Shown: positions 1 to 8,700 of the stretch, piece after piece | How positions within the stretch are numbered: position 1 is the stretch's first letter | Layout: each line of letters opens with the position of its first letter | Assembly (NCBI GenBank): GCA_017447485.1 | Contig: JAFSNI010000013.1 | Coordinates: 38,063 to 102,062 of the forward strand | Source of the DNA: Candidatus Saccharimonadota bacterium | GTDB taxonomy: Bacteria; Patescibacteriota; Saccharimonadia; Saccharimonadales; Saccharimonadaceae | Length of the DNA stretch: 64,000 nt | Direction: 5' to 3' | The notes under the pieces: generated by a model | The model's database searches: none | What the model was told of the DNA's origin: nothing | Seen by the model: only the letters and a program-made list of their open reading frames with translations | Made by a program: the position numbers and the translations under genes

Positions 1-459
1 ATAAGTCTTTTTCTGAAACCCTTGCGACACCGCAGCCGTGTGATGTCTCAATCTCTCAATACAAAACGACGTGCCTTTTCCCACTCGGCAACTCCCCGAT
101 TCATAGCAAAGCCGCTTGTCCCACCACGGCATAATTGCATCCACGATATAATGATGCACCACCCTATCCACATACGGCGCTGCAAAAATCTCCCGTTGCA
201 CCGGCCGAAACACAATGTGCGCCGTCCCGCGACTCGGTTTATAATCTAAATCCCACAGCGCATCTCTAAGCCGCGACAAGTTTTCAAATAAATTCGCTTC
301 AAACGTATGCGTATCGTGCGTTTTACGTTTCCCGCCCTTGCGCGCCTGTAATTCCGCCAGATATAGCTCTAAAAACATCATGTTTTTCGGGTCTTCTTTT
401 AGCCATTCGCGCACCCCTTCGTCTTCGACTTTCCTCAGCAACCCGTAAAAATCATCCAT
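1..459 (-). CDS. DGR-type reverse transcriptase, N-terminal 153 codons (runs off the left window edge)
   Basis: Not in the ORF track; translated by hand from the ATG at 459 (TAATG overlap with the upstream stop): MDDFYGLLRK...ARKGGKRKTHDTHTFEANLFENLSRLRDAL..YKPSRG..IVFRPVQREIFAAPYVDRVVHHYI...SCRVGKGT. The REIFAAPxxDRVVHH and SCRxGKGT blocks are typical of DGR RTs. The YxDD motif lies outside the window. Confidence 0.88.
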   Translation of the reverse strand, partial: MDDFYGLLRKVEDEGVREWLKEDPKNMMFLELYLAELQARKGGKRKTHDTHTFEANLFENLSRLRDALWDLDYKPSRGTAHIVFRPVQREIFAAPYVDRVVHHYIVDAIMPWWDKRLCYESGSCRVGKGTSFCIERLRHHTAAVSQGFQKKTY

Positions 460-1439
460 TAAGCTTTTCCAATAAAATCTTTCAAAACCAGCTTCTTCAG
501 TGTGTTGATGTTCTCGCCAATTAGTGCCGCCGTCTCATACGGCCAAGTCCGAAGTTCCGCGAGCAGTATCAGCCCCGCCGCTAGCGAATTAACATTCTCG
601 AGAATTGCCATTCCCGCGTCATCTTTTCCTACTAACCCGTCCGTCAGCATCCCGTATATCATCATAATCCGATGCACATTTTCCGCCATAGTTTTTCCCA
701 CTGCATCATAATAACCCCGTTCCAACTTTTTGATTCGCGGTAGTAACTGCCGTTCCACCATCAAAAGCGCGTTGAAAATCGCCGGATCCATATCTTTCGG
801 CTTCAAAACGTTATGCAATCTCTCGCGTCGCGTTTCTTCCGTGCGCCGAAGCGCCGCATAATCATCATCCGTAATCGGTCTCGGCAAAGTAAAAATATAA
901 ACCCCGTCTTTCGACTTGTCTATTTTAATGCCTTCTTCATAATCTTTTATTTTAGCAACAAAATCCTCAATATTAAACAAGCTCGTAGCAAATTGCGACT
1001 TCAAAAACCGATCCGAATCTTGTAAAATTCGCGCCTTGCGCCCCATTCTGGGCGCAAGGCGATAAGCATAGTAGAGTGCCGAAAATTCCATCAGCTTGTA
1101 CCACCTATCGTCGTCCGAAAGTGACGGAAAGGCGATGATCCGATCTTGGTTGCCGATTTCCATTTCTTTCACCCGCCGTTTGATCGCGCGATATTTTTCG
1201 CGTTTTTCCGCCTTCGCCAATCGCACCGAATCCTGTTCTGGCTCCGCGCCTCCTACTCTTTTGCGCGCAATCTCTTCCTGCTCCGGTTTCGAGAAGGTTT
1301 TTTCAAAGCTTTTCTTGTTGTTCGGCGCTGCCGCTGCCACTCTTTTCATCAACGGCGTTGCCGCAACATCTTTATTTTTCTTTTTGCCTTTTTCTTCTGG
1401 CGTTATCATCTTGTCGAGTGACAACATTATTTTTTTCAC
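459..1439 (-). CDS. DGR accessory protein: possible MutS-I-like (MSL) middle domain plus Avd-like four-helix C-terminus
   Basis: Sits between the target gene and the RT and is translationally coupled to the RT. The last ~110 aa are an amphipathic helical pattern of Avd-like size. The middle segment RIIAFPS..RWYKLMEFSALYY loosely resembles MutS domain I. Domain calls are by eye. Confidence 0.55.
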   Translation of the reverse strand: MKKIMLSLDKMITPEEKGKKKNKDVAATPLMKRVAAAAPNNKKSFEKTFSKPEQEEIARKRVGGAEPEQDSVRLAKAEKREKYRAIKRRVKEMEIGNQDRIIAFPSLSDDDRWYKLMEFSALYYAYRLAPRMGRKARILQDSDRFLKSQFATSLFNIEDFVAKIKDYEEGIKIDKSKDGVYIFTLPRPITDDDYAALRRTEETRRERLHNVLKPKDMDPAIFNALLMVERQLLPRIKKLERGYYDAVGKTMAENVHRIMMIYGMLTDGLVGKDDAGMAILENVNSLAAGLILLAELRTWPYETAALIGENINTLKKLVLKDFIGKA

Positions 1440-1445
1440 CTTTCC

Positions 1446-1474
1446 GCTGCGCTTGCGCCTTTGGCGCGCGCAGC
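1446..1474. other. GC-rich hairpin downstream of the DGR target 1 VR (possible target-recognition hairpin or terminator)
   Basis: gctgcgc-tt-gcgcc-ttt-ggcgc-gcgcagc inverted repeat ~50 nt after the stop of 1525..3015. Confidence 0.55.
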
Positions 1475-1524
1475 TTTTTTCATTTCACGAGAGAACGGAG
1501 GGGCAGGAACCGGAAACCGGAAGC

Positions 1525-1710
1525 CTAGGACCCATCATACACGCAGCGCACCGAGAACCCGCGGTAGCGAGAGTTGCTACCCTGCGGATTGACATTCGTC
1601 GCATTGACGCTCAGGGTGTACATAATCGTGGCACTGTAGTAAGTAGAAGACCAGAAGTAGCCGTTGCTACCCTGATAGCGGGCTGAGCTATCGTCGAAGC
1701 TGCCGGAGAG
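1525..1710 (-). repeat. Putative DGR variable region VR1 (cognate TR not in window)
   Basis: 3' end of target 1 with the SG...YFWSST...GFSVRC framework and many NNC/NNT codons as expected from AAY template codons. Followed by a 39-nt A-free tract (1486-1524 on the - strand). Boundaries approximate. Confidence 0.6.
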
Positions 1711-3015
1711 GGGCGTTCTAAGCGCGTTAACGAAATCTGCATTGCTAGAATATTTATTTCTTAAGTTTTGGAACTCACCGCCTCCGCTTGCCGTAACTGC
1801 ACCACCGGTTGGCAACCGCCAGCCCGCAGGGCAGATGTCATATTCGGCACTGTCCGTATCCGTATGGTCACTAGCGGAGCAGTAAGTTCCTACCGTAGCA
1901 GCACAGTAGTTATAATACACACCTACTGGCTCTGTTCTCAAATCATCCGTGATTGTTGTGTCGCCAAGCATTGCCAACTGTCGTTTCTGGTTTTTTGACG
2001 CCACGTTAATCATCGGCACTGTATAGCTCGTAAAGCCTGAAGTCTTGATAATACCATCACTATCACTCCCCTTTGCGAACGTTGTCGCAAACGCTGTCGC
2101 AGCATCATAGCCGGTTTGCCCTTGCGCTGGCATATTGGTATTTGCCGAAGAAAGCGTCACGGTCGTCGTGTTCGGGTCAAGCGCCAAGTTCTCTAGCATC
2201 CAATATTTCCCGTCTTTCAACTTTCCGATTAAGTAAGCCTTACTATCGCGGTTATCGTAAAGATAGAACGTATCACCAATATCTTTAGTCTCATCCATAC
2301 CAGCGAGAATCGTCCCGAGATTGCCGTCTTGCATATAAAGAATGTTTTCAATGGTTGCTGTTGCGATAAAATTGATTGTTGTTGTGTAAGTTCCTGGCGT
2401 CTGCGCCGCATTCACGCGCGAGCCAAAATAAAATGTTGTTGTTACGCCGTCCGTCACGCCGCTATAGCTGTTAATTTGTGTCGGGCCCGATGGAATTGGC
2501 AAATAATTTGTCTCCGAATAGCTACTCGTCGTTGCGCTCGTCACCTTAAAGCCCCAAGAATTCAAAGTGAAATCACAAGTTGCGCCCGTCGCCGCCGTGC
2601 AAGTATAACCATTTGCGTGACCTTCACTGTCTGCCACCAAGCTCGGAATCGTTGCGCCCGTCGAGCTGTCCGTCAAAGCGGTTGTCGTGTTCATGACCAG
2701 ATTGAAACCATTTGCATTGCTCGTCCCCACTATCACATCCACGCCGACCTCGTCAAAGCTCGCCGTCGCCATCGTCGGCACCACTTCAATCGAACCGCCC
2801 GTCACCGCAGTTTGCGTTCCCGCCTTCTTCAGACTCACCTCCAGCACCGGCGTTTCCGGAACTGTCACGTTAAACGTGTATTCCGTCGCGTTCGCCTTCG
2901 TTGCCGTCGCGATTCCTGCCCCTGTCGCCAGAATCCCCGCCACCAACAAAAATACCCGCTTTGTTAAAAGTTTACTCACAAAATTATGTTTATTGATACG
3001 CGCAAATGTTTTCAT
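1525..3015 (-). CDS. DGR target protein 1: secreted/surface protein with C-terminal FISUMP (Fib_succ_major, CLec-fold) domain
   Basis: N-terminal signal/TM, Thr-rich beta domain, then DxRD..Y...LKDGKYWMLENL, GVYYNY, CPAGWRLPT, GYFWSST and GFSVRCV motifs. Directly upstream of the accessory gene and RT. Confidence 0.85.
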   Translation of the reverse strand: MKTFARINKHNFVSKLLTKRVFLLVAGILATGAGIATATKANATEYTFNVTVPETPVLEVSLKKAGTQTAVTGGSIEVVPTMATASFDEVGVDVIVGTSNANGFNLVMNTTTALTDSSTGATIPSLVADSEGHANGYTCTAATGATCDFTLNSWGFKVTSATTSSYSETNYLPIPSGPTQINSYSGVTDGVTTTFYFGSRVNAAQTPGTYTTTINFIATATIENILYMQDGNLGTILAGMDETKDIGDTFYLYDNRDSKAYLIGKLKDGKYWMLENLALDPNTTTVTLSSANTNMPAQGQTGYDAATAFATTFAKGSDSDGIIKTSGFTSYTVPMINVASKNQKRQLAMLGDTTITDDLRTEPVGVYYNYCAATVGTYCSASDHTDTDSAEYDICPAGWRLPTGGAVTASGGGEFQNLRNKYSSNADFVNALRTPLSGSFDDSSARYQGSNGYFWSSTYYSATIMYTLSVNATNVNPQGSNSRYRGFSVRCVYDGS

Positions 3016-3069
3016 ACCTCAATTTTAGCACGACCATAATGAAAAATCTAGTGCTTTTTGTGCTATTTT

Positions 3070-4143
3070 TTACAAATTTTCCAAATACGCGTCGATAAAA
3101 CCGTCAAGTTTACCATCTAAAATTGCGTCCGGGTCGGTTTCTTCGTGGCCAGTGCGGGTGTCTTTAACTAATTTATATGGCTGCAAAACATAATTGCGAA
3201 TTTGTTGTCCCCAACCTGCCGATTCTCCTGCGCGAAGTTCACCGATTGTCGCCGCGTGTTGTTCAAGTTGCATCTGCGCCAGTTTCCCGCGCAAAATCTC
3301 CATCGCCTTTTCCTTATTTTGAAGCTGACTTCGTTCATTCTGAATCGCCACAACCGTATTCGTCGGAAGATGCGTAATCCGCACCGCGGAATTTGTCGTG
3401 TTAACTGATTGCCCGCCGTGTCCGCCGGAATGATAAACATCAATCCTGAGATCCTTTTCGTCAATTACTACTTCCGTATCCGCCTTAATTACTGGCAAGA
3501 CTTCTACGAGCGAAAAAGAAGTTTGTCGGAGATTATTGGCATTAAACGGCGAAAGCCGCACCAGCCGATGTACGCCATGCTCAGATTTTAACCGCCCATA
3601 AGCGTTCGTACCACTTACTTCGTAAACCGCAGTTTTAATTCCTGCTTCTTCGCCCGGAGTCTTTTCTAGCAACGTTGCCCTAAGGCCGTTCTTTTCAAAA
3701 AACCGCAGATACATTCGCTCTAGCATTCCCGCCCAATCCATTGCTTCCGTGCCTCCCGCGCCAGAAGTAATTCGAATAATCGCATCTTTGCTGTCATAAG
3801 GCCCCGTAAATCTTAAGGCTTTCTTCAGCTCATCAAGCTCCTTTTCCATCGCTGTAATTTGCCCGTCAATTTCGCTCTTTAGGCTTTCATCAGACATCGA
3901 AATTAGCTCCGCCATATCTTCCAGTTGGGTTTTTAACAAAACCCAAGCGTCAGTTTCGTCTTTTAAGCGCGCCAGCTCTTGATTCTTGGCAGTTGCCTTT
4001 GCCACATCCCGCCAAATCTCTGGCTCTGCCACTTCTTTCTCAATCTCTTCGGCTTGTTTTAGTTTTTCTGCGATTTTCAGTCGCTCATAAGTTTTGAAAA
4101 AATCTTCCTTTAAGCCTTCCAGCCGTTTCTGTAATTCCTGCAT
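3070..4143 (-). CDS. prfB: Peptide chain release factor 2
   Basis: GGQ motif (SGGHGGQSVN) and SPF specificity tripeptide; continuous ORF with no internal frameshift. Confidence 0.95.
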   Translation of the reverse strand: MQELQKRLEGLKEDFFKTYERLKIAEKLKQAEEIEKEVAEPEIWRDVAKATAKNQELARLKDETDAWVLLKTQLEDMAELISMSDESLKSEIDGQITAMEKELDELKKALRFTGPYDSKDAIIRITSGAGGTEAMDWAGMLERMYLRFFEKNGLRATLLEKTPGEEAGIKTAVYEVSGTNAYGRLKSEHGVHRLVRLSPFNANNLRQTSFSLVEVLPVIKADTEVVIDEKDLRIDVYHSGGHGGQSVNTTNSAVRITHLPTNTVVAIQNERSQLQNKEKAMEILRGKLAQMQLEQHAATIGELRAGESAGWGQQIRNYVLQPYKLVKDTRTGHEETDPDAILDGKLDGFIDAYLENL

Positions 4144-4164
4144 ATCATATATTATATCACATTT

Positions 4165-4193
4165 AAAAATACCCCCTTTCGGGGGATATTTTT
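4165..4193. terminator. Rho-independent terminator (serves the 84-aa gene)
   Basis: aaaaat-accccc-tttc-ggggg-atattttt stem-loop with T/A runs. Confidence 0.7.
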
Positions 4194-4446
4194 ATTGTGT
4201 GAGGTGCCAGGAGAGGTCGCGCGAGTTAAACTCGAGCGTCATTTTCTCCCGACCGACTAGTATATCGAAGATATGAAGTGCCACCTCTCCTGCAAACCGA
4301 ATATGGGTTTGCAGAAGCTCGGTTACTTCGGTTTCCGACTCGCCCTGTCGCCGAAATGTCAAAGGCTGACATGGGGTCATTTCATAACCGAAGAGTGCCA
4401 TAACTTCGACCCTCTCTGTTTTGTTGTTTTTGTTAAAGTTTTTCAT
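4192..4446 (-). CDS. Small hypothetical beta-rich protein (84 aa)
   Basis: AAGGAG SD upstream, own promoter and terminator; ends with a LEFN..xLSWHL pattern. Confidence 0.7.
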   Translation of the reverse strand: MKNFNKNNKTERVEVMALFGYEMTPCQPLTFRRQGESETEVTELLQTHIRFAGEVALHIFDILVGREKMTLEFNSRDLSWHLTQ

Positions 4447-4597
4447 AATTGACTCCTTAATTAAATTAATAGAGTCATTTATGTGAGCCTCTTTTTTATT
4501 GGCTCATAGCGAAAGGCATAAATGACAATACCTAACGCCTTTAACTTTTCTCTTCGCCAGTGACCGAAGTGTAGCAAGAGACATTTTTATTGTATCA
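4447..4597 (-). promoter_or_regulatory. Extended -10 promoter and structured 5' leader
   Basis: TGA-TACAAT at 4589-4597 (-). Nested inverted repeats 4474-4483/4517-4526 and 4484-4489/4501-4506, plus an SD-sequestering pair 4450-4455/4472-4477. Confidence 0.5.
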
Positions 4598-4605
4598 CAA
4601 AATGC

Positions 4606-5547
4606 TTATATTTTAGCAAGGACCTCCCGCGCCTCTTCCACAGAGTGCGTTTCCATCAACTTCGCACGAAGCTCGCTCGCCCCTGGAAAATTATTGATAT
4701 AAATTTTATAAAAATGTTTCAGCGGCTCATAAGAAATATAATGTTTTTTACTATATTTTTCATACAAATCTAAATGTAAATATAGTAGCTCCATCAACTC
4801 ATCTTTTGTCGCCTCATGGTCCGTAAAGCAATACGGATTTTGAAACACGCCCCGCCCAATCATAAACCCGTCAATTTCTGGATATTTTTCATATAGGTTC
4901 AGAGCCTCTTTCCGATTTTTGATGTCACCGTTGATAATCAGTTTCGTTTCAGGACTAATTTCATTTCGGAGTTTAATAATCTCCGGAATTAACTCGTAAT
5001 GTGCCGCGACTTTGCTCATTTCTTTTTTCGTTCTTAAGTGAACTGTTAGTGCTGCTGGGTGCTCATTCAGTAAAATCGAAAGCCAATCGCGATATTCTTC
5101 CACTTTACTCCAACCCAGCCGCGTTTTGATCGAAACCGGCAGGTTCGTAAATTTTTTTGCATTCCTAAAGCACTCAACGGCAAGTTCCGGCGTTTTAATC
5201 ATTGCCGCGCCGCCGCCGGTTTTATTAACGTTCTTGTCTGGGCAACCAAAGTTGAGGTCAATTCCCGAAAAACCTAAATCTTCTAACGCAGCAGCACACT
5301 CCGCAAAATGTTCCGGATTCTTCCCCCAAATCTGCGCGATGATCGGCGCGTCGGTCGGCGCAATCTCTAATCGTTCCAGAGCGTTCGCGCGACCTTTTTC
5401 CGATGCATAACTCGAAACATTCGTAAACTCCGTAAAAAACAAATCCGGCCGCCCTGCCTTCGCGACCACCTGACGAAACATAATATCCGTCACGCCTTCC
5501 ATCGGCGCTAAAATTAAAAATGGTTTCGGTAATTCTTGCCAAATCAT
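4606..5547 (-). CDS. dus: tRNA-dihydrouridine synthase
   Basis: LAPMEGVTD, IDLNFGCP, SIKTRLG, INGDI and MIGRG motifs. Confidence 0.93.
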   Translation of the reverse strand: MIWQELPKPFLILAPMEGVTDIMFRQVVAKAGRPDLFFTEFTNVSSYASEKGRANALERLEIAPTDAPIIAQIWGKNPEHFAECAAALEDLGFSGIDLNFGCPDKNVNKTGGGAAMIKTPELAVECFRNAKKFTNLPVSIKTRLGWSKVEEYRDWLSILLNEHPAALTVHLRTKKEMSKVAAHYELIPEIIKLRNEISPETKLIINGDIKNRKEALNLYEKYPEIDGFMIGRGVFQNPYCFTDHEATKDELMELLYLHLDLYEKYSKKHYISYEPLKHFYKIYINNFPGASELRAKLMETHSVEEAREVLAKI

Positions 5548-5570
5548 GTCATATATTATATCATAATAGT

Positions 5571-7457
5571 ATGAAAATTGGTTTATTCGACTCTGGCATT
5601 GGTGGCACCACCATTCTTGAGGCTATCAAAAAAATCCTCCCTAACGCAGAATATAAATACATTGCCGACACTAAAAACTGTCCTTACGGCGAAAAATCCG
5701 CCGAAGAGCTTCGTGAAATCACTTCTGCCCGCACCAAGGAATTAGCCGACTGGGGCGCTGAAATTGTTGTTATCGCCTGTAACACCGCTACAACTGGGCA
5801 TATTACTTATCTTCGCGAAAAATACCCAAACATTAAATTCGTCGGCACTGAACCAGCCATCAAAGTCGCCACCGATTCTGGCGCCAAAAACATCCTCGTC
5901 ATGGCCACACCTAACACTATTGCTTCCGACCGCACCAAAACCCTCATTGAAAAAAACCAAAAACCTGGTCAAAACATCGAGCTCCTCGCCTGCCCTGGTC
6001 TCGCCAATGCTATCGAAAAATGCTACAGCACAGACAATCACCAACCCATCATCGACCTTTTAAAAACACTTTTTGAAAATGTCGCTATCACCCCAGACGT
6101 CATCGTCCTCGGTTGTACCCATTATTCCCTCATCAAAGACCTTATTAGCTCTTTCTTCCCTTCAGCCCAGCTCATTGATGGCAGCACTGGTGTCGCCCGC
6201 CGGGTCAAATCTTTGATCGACGGCCCGAAAATTTTACTTCTCGGCTATGGCAAAGAAGGTCAAGCCACCGAAAAATACTTCAAATCTCATTTTAGTAACA
6301 TAAAAATCGACATTCTTGAAAATTTTACCCCCGCAGAAATCAAAAACCGCGATTTTTCTGATTACGATATGATTTTCCGCAGCCCTTCCGTCCCGCCTCT
6401 CCACCTCAAAAACGAGACTAGCGTCACTAAATACTTTTTCGACCACTGTCCATGTCCGATTATCGGCGTCACCGCTACTAAAGGCAAAGGCACAACCTGC
6501 TCTTTCATCAAATCTCTTCTCGACGCTGAAAGCGCCGACGCTTACCTCGTTGGCAATATCGGCAACCCATCCATCGACGTTCTTGACAACCTAAAGCCAA
6601 ATTCCGTCGTCGTCTACGAAATGAGTAGCTTCCAACTTTGGGATCTCGAAAAATCCCCGCATATCGCCATTGTTGGCACTATCGAGCCAGACCATCTCAA
6701 CGTGCATAGCGACTTCGACGATTATTTAAACGCCAAAGCCAACATCTGCCGCCACCAAACCGCAAACGACTATCTCATTTATTACAAAAATAATTCTGAT
6801 TCCGTCAAAATCGCTGGCACCGACAAACTCGCCCAAAAAATCACTTTTCCTTTTGAAGTTCCAAAAGACATTAAAAATTCCATTAACCTTCCTGGCAAGC
6901 ACAACCTAGAAAACGCCATCGCCGCTATTGCCGCCGTCGCTTGCTATAAAAATATCTCGCCAACAGAATATCTAGGCGCTTCTGCCAAAGTTATCAAAAA
7001 AGGCCTGTCTAACTTCCACGGGCTTCCGCACCGCCTCGAATTTGTCCGTGAAATGAACAACGTTAAATATTACGACGATAATTTTTCTACCAACCCTGCC
7101 TCGACTAAGGTTGCCGTCGAAGCTTTTCCAAATCAGAATATCATTATCATCATCGGCGGCCGTGATAAAACTGATAATGAGGACATTCCAGAAATCTATG
7201 ACATCCTAAAAAATCAAGACATCAAAAAAATTATTCTACTCGGCGAATCGGGCCACGAAATTTATCATCGTTATCAAGATTCTCGTTTTATTATCGCAGA
7301 GTCTCTCAAAGATGCTGTTGGCGCCGCCAAACTTGCAGCCGAAAAAACTGCCCCCGCCATCGTTCTCATGTCGCCATCCGCTGCTTCTTTTGATATGTTT
7401 AAAAATGTTTACGACCGCGGTGACCAATTTAAAAATTTAATCGCGTCTCTAAATTAG
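5571..7457 (+). CDS. murI-murD: Glutamate racemase / UDP-MurNAc-L-Ala:D-Glu ligase fusion (MurI-MurD)
   Basis: N-half: FDSGIGG, CPYG, IACNTAT, LGCTHY (MurI). C-half: GVTATKGKGTT, EMSSFQL, PDHLNVH, GLPHRLE, YYDDNFSTN, SPSAASFDMF (MurD). Start taken at ATG 5571 (MKIGLFD). Confidence 0.92.
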   Translation: MKIGLFDSGIGGTTILEAIKKILPNAEYKYIADTKNCPYGEKSAEELREITSARTKELADWGAEIVVIACNTATTGHITYLREKYPNIKFVGTEPAIKVATDSGAKNILVMATPNTIASDRTKTLIEKNQKPGQNIELLACPGLANAIEKCYSTDNHQPIIDLLKTLFENVAITPDVIVLGCTHYSLIKDLISSFFPSAQLIDGSTGVARRVKSLIDGPKILLLGYGKEGQATEKYFKSHFSNIKIDILENFTPAEIKNRDFSDYDMIFRSPSVPPLHLKNETSVTKYFFDHCPCPIIGVTATKGKGTTCSFIKSLLDAESADAYLVGNIGNPSIDVLDNLKPNSVVVYEMSSFQLWDLEKSPHIAIVGTIEPDHLNVHSDFDDYLNAKANICRHQTANDYLIYYKNNSDSVKIAGTDKLAQKITFPFEVPKDIKNSINLPGKHNLENAIAAIAAVACYKNISPTEYLGASAKVIKKGLSNFHGLPHRLEFVREMNNVKYYDDNFSTNPASTKVAVEAFPNQNIIIIIGGRDKTDNEDIPEIYDILKNQDIKKIILLGESGHEIYHRYQDSRFIIAESLKDAVGAAKLAAEKTAPAIVLMSPSAASFDMFKNVYDRGDQFKNLIASLN

Positions 7458-8700
7458 CCAAAGTTGCTTTTTCAACCGACGACACCGTTGCAAAACCTTT
7501 AATCCCTGCCCCCGCAAATTCCCGCGCCAGCTCAATCATCTTCGTTCGGTCAATTCCTCGAATCAAATTCGGTAACGCATCTATATGCTGAATCGTTTCG
7601 TTCGTAAAATAATTTTCCGCATAATAATCCGCAATCTGCGACGGCGTCTGCGCCCCCATCTGGAGCCGCCCCAAGGCATAAGACTTTGCCGCATTAAAAT
7701 CTTCTTCCGAAATCTCGCCGTTTAAAGCTTTCATCATCTCTTCTTGAATCAACTTAAACAATTCTTCTGCATTTTCCACGTTCACTTCGCCATCAAAATC
7801 CCAATACGTATTATATGCATTCGCCGCAATCGAACTGCCCATCCCATACACCAGCCCGCGTTTCCTCGCCATCCCAAAAATCTTCGAATTTGTCGTCCCA
7901 TTCAAAATATGATTCAAACAATTCATCGCAAACACCTCATCTGGTTCTAAATGCCGCGGCGTCACCAAAGAAAACCCAAACGTAACGTTCGACGCGTCTT
8001 TCCGCCTAATCGCCACCATCTCCCCTGCGTGCAAATCCGCCCGCGGAATCTCAAATTTCTCGCCTTCCTTCAAGGGCCACCTTTCCAGCTCGCGGATAAT
8101 CTTTCGCTTCCGCCCTTTCATCTTTCCCGCAATAATAAACAACATATTTTTCGCCGTATGCGTCCGCCGATAATGTTCGCGAATATCTTTCAGCTCGATA
8201 TTCGAAATCGTCTCCCGCCGCGCCGACAAATCCAACACCTCTTCCCCCACCGCCTGTTGCACTCGCGGCCACAAAAGCCGATAATAGTCATTCATATAAC
8301 CCGTCAGTTCACTCCGCACATTCGCTTTCTCGCTCCGGAGTTCTTCCTCATTGAATCGCGGCTCGCAAATCGACACACGCTGCAATTCCATAATCCTATC
8401 CCATTCAAAATCCGCACATTCCGTTTCATAACACACTGAAACGTCAGAAGTCCACGCATTGTGATATGCCCCGTTTTTTGTAAACTCCGCCTCAAACTGC
8501 TGTTCGTCCTTAAACTTTGCATTCGCTCCAAACGCTAAATGCTCCACCACGTGCGGCAGTTCATAAATATCTTTATTTTTGGCGTATAACATCCCCGCCC
8601 GAAATTGGATTCGTGTCGCCATCACCGTTGCGCCCGGAATATCAATCAGAAGCCCGCGCGCGCCGTTTCTTAAAGTTATTTCTTCAACCGAATGTCTCAT
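7429..8700 (-). CDS. M16 family (pitrilysin-like) zinc peptidase
   Basis: HVVEH inverted zincin motif, HNAWTS, RKRGLVY. Confidence 0.88.
   Translation of the reverse strand: MRHSVEEITLRNGARGLLIDIPGATVMATRIQFRAGMLYAKNKDIYELPHVVEHLAFGANAKFKDEQQFEAEFTKNGAYHNAWTSDVSVCYETECADFEWDRIMELQRVSICEPRFNEEELRSEKANVRSELTGYMNDYYRLLWPRVQQAVGEEVLDLSARRETISNIELKDIREHYRRTHTAKNMLFIIAGKMKGRKRKIIRELERWPLKEGEKFEIPRADLHAGEMVAIRRKDASNVTFGFSLVTPRHLEPDEVFAMNCLNHILNGTTNSKIFGMARKRGLVYGMGSSIAANAYNTYWDFDGEVNVENAEELFKLIQEEMMKALNGEISEEDFNAAKSYALGRLQMGAQTPSQIADYYAENYFTNETIQHIDALPNLIRGIDRTKMIELAREFAGAGIKGFATVSSVEKATLANLETRLNF

Noticed and set aside
3070-4143. Programmed +1 frameshift in prfB
   Set aside because: The ORF is continuous and has no CTT-TGA slippery site near the 5' end.
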